A stretch of DNA of 63,790 nt, filler included, from Sandaracinaceae bacterium (GTDB taxonomy: Bacteria > Myxococcota_A > Polyangia > Polyangiales > JADJQN01): assembly GCA_947483975.1 (NCBI GenBank). It is 16 parts of 16 records of this genome, joined end to end, with 100 filler letters (N's around TTAATTAATTAA, not from the genome) between each part and the next. Parts side by side here need not be neighbours in the genome. Positions count along the whole stretch, not along the records: positions 40,173 to 44,040 come from CANKOL010000452.1; positions 44,141 to 48,001 come from CANKOL010000453.1; positions 48,102 to 51,954 come from CANKOL010000454.1; positions 52,055 to 55,907 come from CANKOL010000455.1; 12 more parts are not named here. The stretch is one strand, 5' to 3'. The notes under the pieces were generated by a model that saw only the letters and a program-made list of their open reading frames with translations, made no database searches and had not been told where the DNA came from. Both the position numbers and the translations under genes were made by a program. Shown here piece after piece: positions 42,790 to 52,751 of this stretch; positions within the stretch are counted from its first letter, which is position 1, and each line of letters begins with the position of its first letter.

Positions 42790-43253
42790 CGCTTCGCTCC
42801 GGTGGTCGGCGCGCGAGAGAGCGCGGCGCGGATCGCGGCGGCGTCGAAGGACGCGACCGCGTCGACGTCGCCGTAGAGCTTGCGCAGGTTCTCGAGGCGG
42901 CGCGGCGGGAAGTCGTGCACGAAGACGGCGCGCTGGGTGTGGCCTTTGCTGCGGAGCACGCCGAGCACGAGGGCGCCCTGCTGATCCTGCAGGTGCCGGA
43001 GCGCGCGCGCGCGGTCTCCGCCGAAGAGCCGCCGCGCGGTCTCGTCGAGGTCGCCGACGAGCCCTTCGGGGGCTGCGCGATCGAAGCGCAGGTCGACGAG
43101 GAGCACGTCGGCGCCGTGCGCCTCGAGGAGGGCGAGCGCGCCCTCCGCAGAGTGCGCCGCGCTGATCTCGTAGGCGTCGCCGAGGAACAGCCGCGCAAAC
43201 TCGGCGTACTCGTGGCCGTCCTCGATGACGAGGAGGCGGGGCCTGTCGCTCAT
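42786..43253 (-). CDS. Atypical single-domain response regulator
   Basis: MSDRPRLLVIEDG...ADVLLVDLRF; start ATG 43253 overlaps the kinase stop. Confidence 0.75.
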   Translation of the reverse strand: MSDRPRLLVIEDGHEYAEFARLFLGDAYEISAAHSAEGALALLEAHGADVLLVDLRFDRAAPEGLVGDLDETARRLFGGDRARALRHLQDQQGALVLGVLRSKGHTQRAVFVHDFPPRRLENLRKLYGDVDAVASFDAAAIRAALSRAPTTGAKR

Positions 43254-44040
43254 GCGGCCTCTCGGTGCGTGAGGGCGGCGCTGAGCGTCGCGGCGTCGGA
43301 GGTGCCGTCGTCGGCGTCGCCGAGCGCGCGGAAGAAGCGCAGCGTGACGGCCTTGGCGAAGTCGTCGCCGCCCGGCTCGACGCTGATCGCGGCGTCGTAG
43401 CGAGCGAGCGCGGCGCTGACGAGGCCGAGCCCGCGGTCGGCGCGGCGCTCGCGGATGGAGTCCTCGGTCAGCGTCTCCGGGCTGGTGTCGCGGACGTGGA
43501 TGCGCACCATCTCCTCGCCCGTCGGCTCGATCGTCACCGAGACGTCGACGGCGAGGCGGCGCGGCGCGGGGTCGCGGCCGACCGCGAGGATCGCGTTGCG
43601 CACGAGGTTCTTCAGCACGAGCACGAGGTCGACGCGGAAGACCTCGACGTCGACCGCCTCGTCCGGCGCGTGCACGCGCACCTCGTCGAGCGCGACGAGG
43701 CCGGCGCTGTACTCGCTCTGCACCTCGTCGATGACCTCGCGCAGCAAGGGCTCGTCGACGCGCGTCCGCACGAGGCGCGCGGCGAGGCGCGCGAGCTCGC
43801 GGTCGAAGGCGCGGAGCTTCGCGTGAGCCCGCGCGAGGTGCTGCACGGCCGACGCTGGGTCGCGGGCGAGCGCGCCCTCGAGGCGCTGGATCGCGGCGAT
43901 CGCGCGCCCGGCGTCGCGGAAGGAGCGATCGCGGCGGCGCAGATCGACGCGCGGGCCGAGCGCGCGCTCGAAGGCGCGGAGGTGCCCCTCCCAAGCGGCG
44001 AGGAGCGGCTCCCCGCCGAAGAGCCGCCCGTGCAGGAACG
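43250..44040 (-). CDS. Histidine kinase C-terminal HATPase region, 5' truncated
   Basis: VLKNLVRNAI (N box), IHVRD and RGLGLV (G2 box); frame open to the contig edge. Confidence 0.75.
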
Positions 44041-44140
44041 NNNNNNNNNNNNNNNNNNNNNNNNNNNNNNNNNNNNNNNNNNNNTTAATTAATTAANNNN
44101 NNNNNNNNNNNNNNNNNNNNNNNNNNNNNNNNNNNNNNNN

Positions 44141-44435
44141 CCCGCTGTTCGACGAGGCGGACGAGCCGACGTCGTCCGCGAAGGGCGCCTCGAAGAAGGC
44201 GGCTGAGCCATCGCGGCATCCGTGGAGCTGGCTGCTCCAACGGGTGTTCGCCGTGGACATCCTGAAGTGCGAGAGGTGCGGCGGGCGACTGCGGCTTGTA
44301 GAGATCGCGAAGAAGCCCGACGACATCAGCCGCGTGCTCGGCGACCTCGGCTACGCGAGAGCGCCGCCGAGCGCGCCGCCTCGCGCCGAGTCGTCGGCCC
44401 TCGTGCATGGGCAGCTGCGGCTCGCGTTCAAATAA
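44141..44435 (+). mobile_element. IS91-family (Y2 HUH) transposase C-terminus
   Basis: WSWLLQRVFAVDILKCERCGGRLRLV...ISRVLGDLG...ARAPP signature. Confidence 0.85.
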
Positions 44436-44677
44436 GGCCGCCTCGGGTGATCTTGGTGGGTTGAGCGGCTGCGCGGAGCGCGGCCAGGGAGAGGTGCGCC
44501 CGGCGCGTGAAAATCAGTGGAAAGTCGGGATTCCCGCTTCGCCGAAGAGCGTCCGGGGGACTCGCCTCGACGCCAAGATTGTGCTGCGGGGCGCCGTCGC
44601 GTAGGGTCCAGCCGTGCATGGAGCGGGGACTGCCACATGGAGAAGCGACGCGTCGGGCGTTCGGATGGACTACGCGC
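44436..44677 (+). mobile_element. Probable oriIS end of the IS91-family element
   Basis: About 240 nt non-coding stretch after the tnp stop, ending GCGTTCGGATGGACTACGCGC, loosely like ISCR oriIS termini; base composition shifts afterwards. The boundary is approximate. Confidence 0.45.
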
Positions 44678-45262
44678 TCGTGCAGCAGCATGCATGCGAT
44701 CGCGGGCGCGCAGCCGGCAGGAACTACGATTGCCGGTATCGCCCTCAAATCATTCAACCTATCTCTCACGGCAGGCTTTGGGCCTGGCATCGATATCCGT
44801 GAGATGGGTGTGGATGTGAGTTCATTCTCCCTGTCGGGAACAACGGCGACTGTTACCCTCAATGGGATCCTGCAGGATGATACTCCAGCAGAGAACATGC
44901 GCGCAGACGCGACCGTCGTCGCCATTGCCGGCACCGCGGCCAACACAGCGGTACTGTTCAGCGGTGACAATGTCCTGAACACCAATGCCGCGTTCGCCTC
45001 GGCCGGGGCGACGGGCTCGCCAGGCGGCATCGCGATCGCGGGCGCCTACGGCGGGCTGCGCAAGTGGAACGCGGCATGGACCGCCGGGAACGCGCGGCCG
45101 ATCTGGCGCGTCGACGGCGGCTATGCAAACCTCGCCGCCAACATTCCGGGCAAGCAGTGGCTTGCGACTTGGATCGGTTTCTTGGGCGACACCTGGGGGA
45201 GCACCACCTCGTCGACGACGTTCTCCTCGACATCTCGCAGCGTGGTCGGATTCCTTCGATGA
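44678..45262 (+). CDS. Hypothetical beta-rich protein, probably 5' truncated by the IS end
   Basis: Part of ORF 44507..45262 that becomes protein-like only after the putative IS end; many A/T-ending codons; ATGA-coupled to the next gene. Confidence 0.5.
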   Translation, partial: SCSSMHAIAGAQPAGTTIAGIALKSFNLSLTAGFGPGIDIREMGVDVSSFSLSGTTATVTLNGILQDDTPAENMRADATVVAIAGTAANTAVLFSGDNVLNTNAAFASAGATGSPGGIAIAGAYGGLRKWNAAWTAGNARPIWRVDGGYANLAANIPGKQWLATWIGFLGDTWGSTTSSTTFSSTSRSVVGFLR

Positions 45263-45903
45263 ACCGTCGTGTCCACGCGCTCGCGCTGCTACTCGTCATC
45301 GCGGCTTGCGAAGACGATCGCGGCTCGCCCACATGTGCGGCGGACGCCGGCGCGCTAGGCGGTGATAGCGGCCCAACGGACGCCGCGATGGACGACGCAG
45401 GCTCACCGAGCATGGCCGGTGTGCTTCGCGGCGCGACGCTCAGCTACGACTGCAGTGGCAGCGCTGGCTCGGTCGAGGCGCGCCTGCGGTTCGACGAAGT
45501 GACGCCGAGTCGAGGCATCGCTGGAGCATTCGACGTGCGCGCCAACGTTGTCCAAGCGATGGCGACGCCCTCTCCGACGAGTGGCATTGACCCGCTGCAG
45601 ATCGACATGGTGGATATTTCCTGTCTCGCGCGCTTCCGGGAGATAGCCGGGGGAGCGCGATATCTCGAGCTGGCGTGCAATTCAGGGGCACAGCTCGGTC
45701 CGATGTTCATGCTCGACCTCCACGGCGCGATATCCGACCGCGGTCTGCTCACACGGGAGGTGGGACTCGCGGCGGCCACCACGAACGGCCTGATCTCCTG
45801 CGACCCCCAGGCGACCTCTTCCGCACGCGCCAGCTACTCGTTCACGTTCGCTGGTCCGCCAGGCTTCGCCATCGTCAACGACGTGGTAAACTTGGGCGGA
45901 TGA
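45259..45903 (+). CDS. Hypothetical lipoprotein
   Basis: MNRRVHALALLLVIAAC lipobox, DAG linker, several Cys. Confidence 0.7.
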   Translation: MNRRVHALALLLVIAACEDDRGSPTCAADAGALGGDSGPTDAAMDDAGSPSMAGVLRGATLSYDCSGSAGSVEARLRFDEVTPSRGIAGAFDVRANVVQAMATPSPTSGIDPLQIDMVDISCLARFREIAGGARYLELACNSGAQLGPMFMLDLHGAISDRGLLTREVGLAAATTNGLISCDPQATSSARASYSFTFAGPPGFAIVNDVVNLGG

Positions 45904-45920
45904 TCCACGAGGTCTGATTA

Positions 45921-47696
45921 GTGTCGTCCAAGGCCCTCCCACCAGTCCCACTGTTACTGCTCGCGTTTTGCTGCTGCGGGACGCCCCCGGCCACGCGGGC
46001 GGACGCGGGTGCTGACGCGGGTCCATCTGATTTTGGCCCGGATGTGGGGGTCGACGAGCACGCCGACATGGGTCCGCCGCGTGGCTGCCGGCCGCTTGGC
46101 GACCACATGGACGCGCTCGTGGTTGCCGCGGTGACACCCCTGCTCGATGCCCCGACCGATGTACAACTCGCGCTCGCGTCGTCGTTGACGACGGCCCCAT
46201 TTCCGCTCGTCGATCCTGTCCCGACCACGACGGCCGCGGGCATCGCCAGCGGTGACGGCGTTGAGCTCTTCTGGGCGGTGCTTCCGGCGGGCGCTCGCTA
46301 CGCCGCGGACGAGGCGCGCGCCGTCGACGAAGCGCTCGGCGCCGCAGTGACCGCGCGGGGAGGCGCACTCCGGCGGGTTGCGGGTGCGCAACTCGCCCCA
46401 GAGCCCGACGGCACCGTGTATGTGGTGAGCGCGGGCGCGACCGTGTTGCTCGAGGCAGCTGCGTCGATGGCTTCTCTGCGTGACGCGTGGCTCGTCGGCG
46501 CGGTGCGCGCGCGCGCACGCGCGGTGTCAAGCACACCGCTGCGCACCGACTCGCCGCGCGAGGAGATGATCGCTTCGTACATGATCGCGCGACGCGCGAC
46601 TGGCAGCAGCGTGCTCGTCGGCGTGCTCGCCGATCGTGTGCGCTACGACGATCGCGCCGATTCACTGCGCGCGCTCGTCGGTTCACTGACCGACGGTACT
46701 GCGCTCGGTCATGCAGACGAGTACCTGTCCGCCGAGTGCGAACTCTCCGAGGCGACGGGGGCGATTCAGCTCGACGTTCTGCTGCGTCGTACTGGCGGCT
46801 ACGGACCATTCGAAGGCGACCTCCCTTGGGTTGCCTTCGAGGACCGCCTCGACGACTTCGAGGGCGCGCTCTTCGATTCGCTGGTGGCGAGTGGCTACGA
46901 CGCCCGCATTGCGGTCGCCGCCGACCCGCCCACCAGCGAATCGTCGACGGCACCCACGTGCCCGCTTGGAGGGTTCATGCCCGTCGCGAATCCGAGCGCG
47001 CGCGACACATTTCAACGCTGCCTTCGGGAGAACTACCCGGCGTACCAGCTACCTTCCGCGCAGCGCGCGGTGGTGGGCGCACTGCCGCGGTCGGACACCG
47101 ACCCCACGAAGTTTCGGCCCGGCGCCACCGCGGCGTTGGTGCTCCTCTCGATCGCCAGCTACGTGGATAACCTATACGACCTCTTCTCCCCTCCTGGTAG
47201 CTTCAGTCGCACTACCGGAGTGAGCCCATCCGCTGCCCGTCTGGTCGACATCGCTGTCTCGCCGTACATCAACGCGTTCTTGGAGCAGGGGATCACCGTC
47301 GGGACCATCGGCCCGTTCGGCGAGCCACACCCGCCGTGTTATTCGTTCATGCGGCAGCGCGACACCGGTCGGTTGCTTGGCTACTTCGATGTCGCGCTCA
47401 GCACCGGGGGCCAAGTACACGACCTGTGTTACGAGACTCCTCGTGTCGCTACGGACGCGATGGTCGCCTCGCTCGGTGCACGCGCACGGCCGTATCCCCT
47501 TCGCCATCGCCCGGTGAGCGCTAGTCTGGCGGTCGCGAGCGAGACGCGCGTCTATGCGCCGCGGCCGGTCGATGGATTCGAGTACGCAGGCATCGCTCGA
47601 AACGCCGTCACCGTCTATGGTGAGTCGGTGGCGCCCGGCGCGACGGGCAAAATTGGCGTTGCGTACCTGCGCTGGAATACCACTGTTCCAGAGTGA
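45921..47696 (+). CDS. Lipoprotein with degenerate vWA-like C-terminal region
   Basis: Signal ending FCCC, DAG linker; FRPGATAALVLLS, GYFDVALSTGG...DLC, YPLRHRPVSASLAV, DGFEY and VAYLRW resemble myxobacterial vWA-type lipoproteins. Confidence 0.55.
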   Translation: MSSKALPPVPLLLLAFCCCGTPPATRADAGADAGPSDFGPDVGVDEHADMGPPRGCRPLGDHMDALVVAAVTPLLDAPTDVQLALASSLTTAPFPLVDPVPTTTAAGIASGDGVELFWAVLPAGARYAADEARAVDEALGAAVTARGGALRRVAGAQLAPEPDGTVYVVSAGATVLLEAAASMASLRDAWLVGAVRARARAVSSTPLRTDSPREEMIASYMIARRATGSSVLVGVLADRVRYDDRADSLRALVGSLTDGTALGHADEYLSAECELSEATGAIQLDVLLRRTGGYGPFEGDLPWVAFEDRLDDFEGALFDSLVASGYDARIAVAADPPTSESSTAPTCPLGGFMPVANPSARDTFQRCLRENYPAYQLPSAQRAVVGALPRSDTDPTKFRPGATAALVLLSIASYVDNLYDLFSPPGSFSRTTGVSPSAARLVDIAVSPYINAFLEQGITVGTIGPFGEPHPPCYSFMRQRDTGRLLGYFDVALSTGGQVHDLCYETPRVATDAMVASLGARARPYPLRHRPVSASLAVASETRVYAPRPVDGFEYAGIARNAVTVYGESVAPGATGKIGVAYLRWNTTVPE

Positions 47697-47772
47697 GGTA
47701 ACGGCGGTTTGTGCCCGCGCCAGCGTTGTTCGGGCGCGGTGGGCGGATATCGCTCATCGAGCGCACGGGCAC

Positions 47773-48001
47773 TGGCGCGACGGGACGCACGCCGTCGTGT
47801 TGTCGCCAGCGGACTTCATCGCGCGCTTGTGCGCGCTCGTCCCGCCTCCGCGGTTCCATTTGATGCGTTATTTGGGCGTGCTGGCGGGGCACTCGTCATG
47901 TCGTGCCGAGGTCGTGCCGAAGAAGCCGACCGCGCTGCCCGAGCAGCTCCCGCTGTTCGATAACGCGGACGAGCCGACGTCGTCCGCGAAGGGTGCGGCG
48001 A
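47773..48001 (+). mobile_element. Second, 5'-truncated IS91-family transposase fragment
   Basis: WRDGTHAVVLSPADFIARLCALVPPPRFHLMRYLGVLA signature; 47949-48001 matches 44141-44193 at 47/53 nt. Confidence 0.85.
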
Positions 48002-48101
48002 NNNNNNNNNNNNNNNNNNNNNNNNNNNNNNNNNNNNNNNNNNNNTTAATTAATTAANNNNNNNNNNNNNNNNNNNNNNNNNNNNNNNNNNNNNNNNNNN
48101 N

Positions 48102-48526
48102 CCGTCGGCGTCGCGTGCGCGGCGCTCGCGATGCTGGCCGTCGGCGCCCGCGCGGACGCGCCGTCGGGTCACTTCATCGACCTCGGGGACGGCACCGTCC
48201 AGGACAGCAAGACGCGCTTGCTCTGGCAGCAAGAGGTCGTCGGGGGCGGGAATCGCGCGGCGATGCTCGAGTATTGCTCGACGCTGTCGCTCGCGGGACG
48301 CGGCTGGCGAGTGCCGAGCGTCCTCGAGCTGCGCTCGCTCGTCGACGAGACCCACACGAACCCGTCGATCGACGCGCGCGCGTTTCCGCTGACGCCTCAA
48401 GAGGCGTTCTGGTCCTCGACGCTCGTCGCAGGCCACCCCGACCGCGGCTGGTACGTGAACTTCGCGTTCGGCTACGCCGCGTCGAATTCGGTCGACGACG
48501 GCTACCACGTGCGCTGCGTACGCTGA
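48102..48526 (+). CDS. DUF1566 (Lcl C-terminal) domain protein, 5' truncated
   Basis: GDGTVQDSKTRLLWQ, YCSTL, GWRVPSVLEL, FWSST and VRCVR. Confidence 0.85.
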
Positions 48527-48552
48527 GCCTCCCGCGCCGAGCCCGCGCGGCG

Positions 48553-48588
48553 GCGGCTCACACCGCTTCAGCGGCTCACACCGCTTCA
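48553..48588. repeat. 18-bp tandem duplication spanning the YbjQ-family gene stop
   Basis: gcggctcacaccgcttca x2. Confidence 0.9.
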
Positions 48589-48980
48589 GCCACGATCGCG
48601 GTGCCGTAGCAGAGCACCTCGGTCACGCCGGGCGCGATCTCGTTCGCGTCGTAGCGCGCCCCGATCAGCCCGTTCGCGCCGAGCTCCGCGGCGTGCTTGA
48701 GCATCAGCTCGAAGGCGTCCCCGCGCGCGCGCTCGCAGAGCTGCGCGTACATCGTGATGTTCCCGCCGAAGAGGATCTGGATCGACGCGGCGAAGTTCCC
48801 GACGAGGCTGCGCGAGCGCACGATGATGCCGCGCGCGACGCCGAGCGAGCGCACCGTGCGATAGCCGGGCAGCTCGAACGCCGTCGTCACCATGAACGGC
48901 TCGACGACGCGATGCGCAGAGGACGAGAGGCTGGCGTTGCCCGCGCGAGCGAGCGCGCCGCGAGAATTGGTGTCGGTCAT
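48576..48980 (-). CDS. YbjQ/UPF0145 family protein
   Basis: [40 protein letters not shown] and EVLCYGTA. Confidence 0.9.
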   Translation of the reverse strand: MTDTNSRGALARAGNASLSSSAHRVVEPFMVTTAFELPGYRTVRSLGVARGIIVRSRSLVGNFAASIQILFGGNITMYAQLCERARGDAFELMLKHAAELGANGLIGARYDANEIAPGVTEVLCYGTAIVAEAV

Positions 48981-49005
48981 GGCCGCGGAGTGTACAACCG
49001 TGCCG

Positions 49006-50400
49006 ATGGACCGCGCAGCGCTCGTCCGCTCGCTCAACCGTGTCGCCGTCTGCGCGGCGCTGCTCTTCGGCGCGCCCGCGTGCACGCCGTCGACGCCCGC
49101 GCCTCCCGCGCCGCTCCCCGCGCGCCCCGGCGTCGAGACGGCCCCCGGCGGACGCGCGCTCGATCCGACCGCCGTGCGCACGCGCCCGCATCCGTCGATC
49201 CTCGACAACCTCGGCAACCTCGACGACACGCCCGAGCCGAGCGTCCGCACGCCCGACGAGGCGGTGGGTCAGGTCGCGTCCCCCGCGACGCTCGACGCCG
49301 CCGCGCCCGCGCACGGCTGCGTCCAGCTCACGCGCTCGCCGACCCGCGTCCTCGCGTCAGGCGGACCTGCGTCGATCACCGCCACCGTCTCAGGCTTCGT
49401 CGTCGCGGGCTACGTCGGCGACGGCGCGACCGAGCAGGTCGTCGCGGTGCGTTTGTCGCCGTCCTCGCCGACGATGCCCCTCGCGACGCTGACCGTCGCC
49501 GCCGGCTCGAGCACGCCGCGCACCGCGCCGCCGATGGTCAGCGCGCTCGTCGACGGGCGCGTGCTGATCGCCGCGACGGACGCCCACGGCGCCGTCCGCG
49601 CGGCTGCGCTCGGCGTGTCGTCCCCCACCGTGCGCCCCGAGCTACGGCCGATCGGCGCCGGCGCAGATCTGCGCTTCGCGCCCGCGATCGCGCCGCTCCG
49701 CGGAGGCGCGTCGGTCGTCGCGTACACCGACGGCAGCGGCACGCCGATGCGCGTGAAGCTCGTCGTGCTGCGCCCCGATCTCAGCGTCGCCGCGACGCAC
49801 GACGTCACGCCGCCCTCGCTCGGCGCGAGCGCCCCCGTCGTCGACGTGCTCGCCGAGGTGCCGGAGGTCGTCTTCCTCGACGCGCACGGCGGGCTCTCGC
49901 CGATCGTGCGCGTCGCGCTCGCAGAGGACGGCATGCCGGGCGCGGCGCAGATCGAGCGCCCGCTCAGCACCGTCTCCGAGCCCGCGCACCTCGCCGTGGC
50001 GCACTTCGGGCCGCGCCGCTTCGTCGCGTACACCGCGATCGGTCGCGCGGCGACGAGCGCCATCGGCGTCGTCGAGCTCGGCGCGACGCTCCCGCCCGAG
50101 CCGCTCGTGCCCGGCCTCGGCTACGGCGTGCTGCAGCTCGGCGCCGTCAGCGGCCCCGCCGCGGCGGTCTTCGCGATGACGCGCCCCGCGCCCGGCGTCG
50201 CGGCGACGGAGCGCTTCGACGGGCAGCTCCTCGTCCGCCTCGTCGACGAGGCTGGGCTCGGCCCCGCGCTCGACGTCAGCGCTCCCGACGAGCGCGTGTC
50301 GCACACGTCCATCGCGCGCGCAGCCGACGGGACGATCGGCGTCGCCTACACGACGTCCGCCGGGGTCAGCGTGCGCTGGCTGCGCTGCGCCGACCGCTGA
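49006..50400 (+). CDS. Hypothetical lipoprotein (beta-propeller-like)
   Basis: APAC lipobox, Pro-rich linker, repeated beta-strand units. Confidence 0.6.
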   Translation: MDRAALVRSLNRVAVCAALLFGAPACTPSTPAPPAPLPARPGVETAPGGRALDPTAVRTRPHPSILDNLGNLDDTPEPSVRTPDEAVGQVASPATLDAAAPAHGCVQLTRSPTRVLASGGPASITATVSGFVVAGYVGDGATEQVVAVRLSPSSPTMPLATLTVAAGSSTPRTAPPMVSALVDGRVLIAATDAHGAVRAAALGVSSPTVRPELRPIGAGADLRFAPAIAPLRGGASVVAYTDGSGTPMRVKLVVLRPDLSVAATHDVTPPSLGASAPVVDVLAEVPEVVFLDAHGGLSPIVRVALAEDGMPGAAQIERPLSTVSEPAHLAVAHFGPRRFVAYTAIGRAATSAIGVVELGATLPPEPLVPGLGYGVLQLGAVSGPAAAVFAMTRPAPGVAATERFDGQLLVRLVDEAGLGPALDVSAPDERVSHTSIARAADGTIGVAYTTSAGVSVRWLRCADR

Positions 50401-50403
50401 CGC

Positions 50404-51378
50404 TCAGAAGTTCGCGGCGCCGGCGCTGATGCCCGACGGCGTCGCGAGCGCGCTGCGCGCCGTCAGCGTGACGTTCCAGTGGCCCGCGAGCGCGAGCTCC
50501 GTCTCCGCCTCGATGTCGAACGAGTAGCCGCCGGCGACGCCGACCGGGAAGTCGGTGAACGCCGCCGCCGGGACCGTGCCGGCGAACGCCGTCGTCGGGA
50601 ACCGACATCGCGCGATCGCGACCTCGCCCGCTGAGCCCAAGGCGAAGAAGCGCGCGTCGATCGTGCCGACGGGCCCGCTCGGCGCCCACGCGAGGGCGAG
50701 ATCGTCCGTGCGCGAGATCGTCAGCGCCGTGGCGTCCGTGATCGATGGCGTCGTCAGCGTCGCCGCGCTCGGCGCCGTCACCGTGCCCGAGAACGCCGGC
50801 ACCCCGGTGTCGCTGCCGCTCGCTTCGAACGTGAGCACCGCCGCCGGCGCAAAGAGCGGGCCGCCGCCGACGCTCGTCGTGTAGGTCTCGTCGGCGTTCG
50901 CCGCGATCGAGACGTCGGCCGTGCCGCCCGTCAGCATCAGCGAGCCCGCGCCGTGCGGAATCGACGTGCTCGTGCCCGCCGCGCAGAGCGTGACCGAGCA
51001 CGGTCCCTCGTCGTGCGTCGTGCACAGGCTAGGCGGCGTCGGGGGCGTCTCCATGAAGTCCGCGCTCACCGCGTACCGCCCCGGGCTGGTCTCCGCCGTG
51101 AAGTGGCCGCGGTAGTCCGTCGGGGGCCCGGCGTCGGGCGGGCCGCCATCGACGCGCGGGCCGTCCGTCGGCGCGCCGTCGGGAAGTCCGAGGTCCGCGC
51201 TCCCGAGGTCCACGGGCGGTCCGCCGAGCGGCACGCAGGCGTGGGCCTCGCAGCGCTGCGCGAGCGAGGCGCAGTCCGAGTCGAGCACGCACTCGGCGCT
51301 CGAGCCGCAGCCGAACATCGTCGCAGAGCCGAGCAGAAGACAGGCGAGGAGAAGCGACCGCTGGGCGTCAGGCTGCAT
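50404..51378 (-). CDS. Cys-rich lipoprotein
   Basis: MFGC lipobox; ECVLDSDC...C...C motif; DLG/DGG linker. Confidence 0.65.
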   Translation of the reverse strand: MQPDAQRSLLLACLLLGSATMFGCGSSAECVLDSDCASLAQRCEAHACVPLGGPPVDLGSADLGLPDGAPTDGPRVDGGPPDAGPPTDYRGHFTAETSPGRYAVSADFMETPPTPPSLCTTHDEGPCSVTLCAAGTSTSIPHGAGSLMLTGGTADVSIAANADETYTTSVGGGPLFAPAAVLTFEASGSDTGVPAFSGTVTAPSAATLTTPSITDATALTISRTDDLALAWAPSGPVGTIDARFFALGSAGEVAIARCRFPTTAFAGTVPAAAFTDFPVGVAGGYSFDIEAETELALAGHWNVTLTARSALATPSGISAGAANF

Positions 51379-51435
51379 ACGTGGGCCCGAGCATAGACGG
51401 CCGACGGATTGCGACGCAATCTCCGCGCACCTTCC

Positions 51436-51954
51436 GTGCCGCGCGCACCCCTTTTCGGCCGCCCCTTCGTGCTGGCGAGCCTCTCGATCTTCCTGTGTGG
51501 CCTCGCGCTGCACCCGTACGTGCATCTGCCGGGCTTGCTCGAGCGCTATCACGCCGACGAGCTCACGACCGGCACGATCGTCGCGCTGATGTCCGTCTCG
51601 GCGCTGCTCGTGCGCCCGCTCGTCGGCCGCATCATGGACGCGCGCGGCGGCCGCCTCGTGATCATCGCGGGCGGCGCGCTGCAGCTCGTCGCGTGCTTGC
51701 TCTACACGCTGGTCGATCGCGTCGGCTGGCTGCTCGTCGTCGCGCGCCTCGTGCACGGGCTCGCCGAGGGCGCGCTCTTCGCGTCGCTCTTCACCTACGC
51801 CGCCGAGGTCGTGCCGGTGTCGCGCCGCACCGAGGGCCTCGGCCTCTTCGCGGTCGCCGGGATGCTGCCGGTGTCGCTCGGCGGGCTGCTCGGCGACCTG
51901 ATCCTCCGGCACGGCACCTACCGCACGCTCTTCCTCACGACCGCGGGGCTCGCG
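51436..51954 (+). CDS. MFS transporter, 3' truncated
   Basis: RPLVGRIMDARGGR (motif A), RLVHG and multiple TM helices. Confidence 0.88.
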
Positions 51955-52054
51955 NNNNNNNNNNNNNNNNNNNNNNNNNNNNNNNNNNNNNNNNNNNNTT
52001 AATTAATTAANNNNNNNNNNNNNNNNNNNNNNNNNNNNNNNNNNNNNNNNNNNN

Positions 52055-52730
52055 CGAGGCGCTCGGCGTGACGCTCGCCGCGCCCTTCGCGCGCGCGGGC
52101 GACGTCGAGACGCCGCTCGGCAACCTCCTCGCCGACCTCGTGCGCGAGAGCGCCCCGGGCGGCGCCGACATCGGCATGGTCAACGGCGGCGGCATCCGCA
52201 CGGCGCTCCCCGCGGGCCCGCTCACCTACGGCGCGCTCTACGAGACGTTCCCGTTCGACAACCGCTTCGCGACGCTGCCGCTGCGCGGCGTGGACCTCCG
52301 CCGCCTGCTCACCGCGAACCTCGTCGCCGAGGAGAGCCTGCTCTCGATCGCCGGCGTCCGCGTCGAGGCGCGCTGTCATGGGGGCGCGCTCGAGGCGCGG
52401 CTCTTTCGGCTCGGTGGGCCCAGGGATGGCCGCCCGATCCGCGACGCCGAGGTGCTGCGCGTCGCGACGAGCGACTTCGTCGCGACGGGCGGCGACGAGC
52501 TGCTCGCCACGATGGTGCGCCCGGCCGACATCTCGATGCCCGACGATGGACCGAACATCCGCGACGCGAGCGCCGCCGCGCTCCGTGCGCGCGGGGGCAC
52601 GCTGCGCCCCGACGACCCTGCGCTCTTCGACGCGGCGCACCCGCGCTGGCACTACGCAGGTACGCGCCCCGTGCAGTGCGTCGCCGCGTCGGCGACGCCT
52701 CCCGCCGTCGCCGCGCCCGCCGCGCGCTGA
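52055..52730 (+). CDS. 5'-nucleotidase C-terminal domain, 5' truncated
   Basis: ETPLGNLLAD, NGGGIR, GPLTYG...FPFDN and ATSDFVATGGD. Confidence 0.88.
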
Positions 52731-52751
52731 GCCGCCCTCAGCGCCGCGCCG

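Noticed and set aside
44141..48001. Circular plasmid or contig with terminal overlap
   Set aside because: The terminal 53-nt segments differ at 6 positions, so they are separate IS copies; no rep gene is present.
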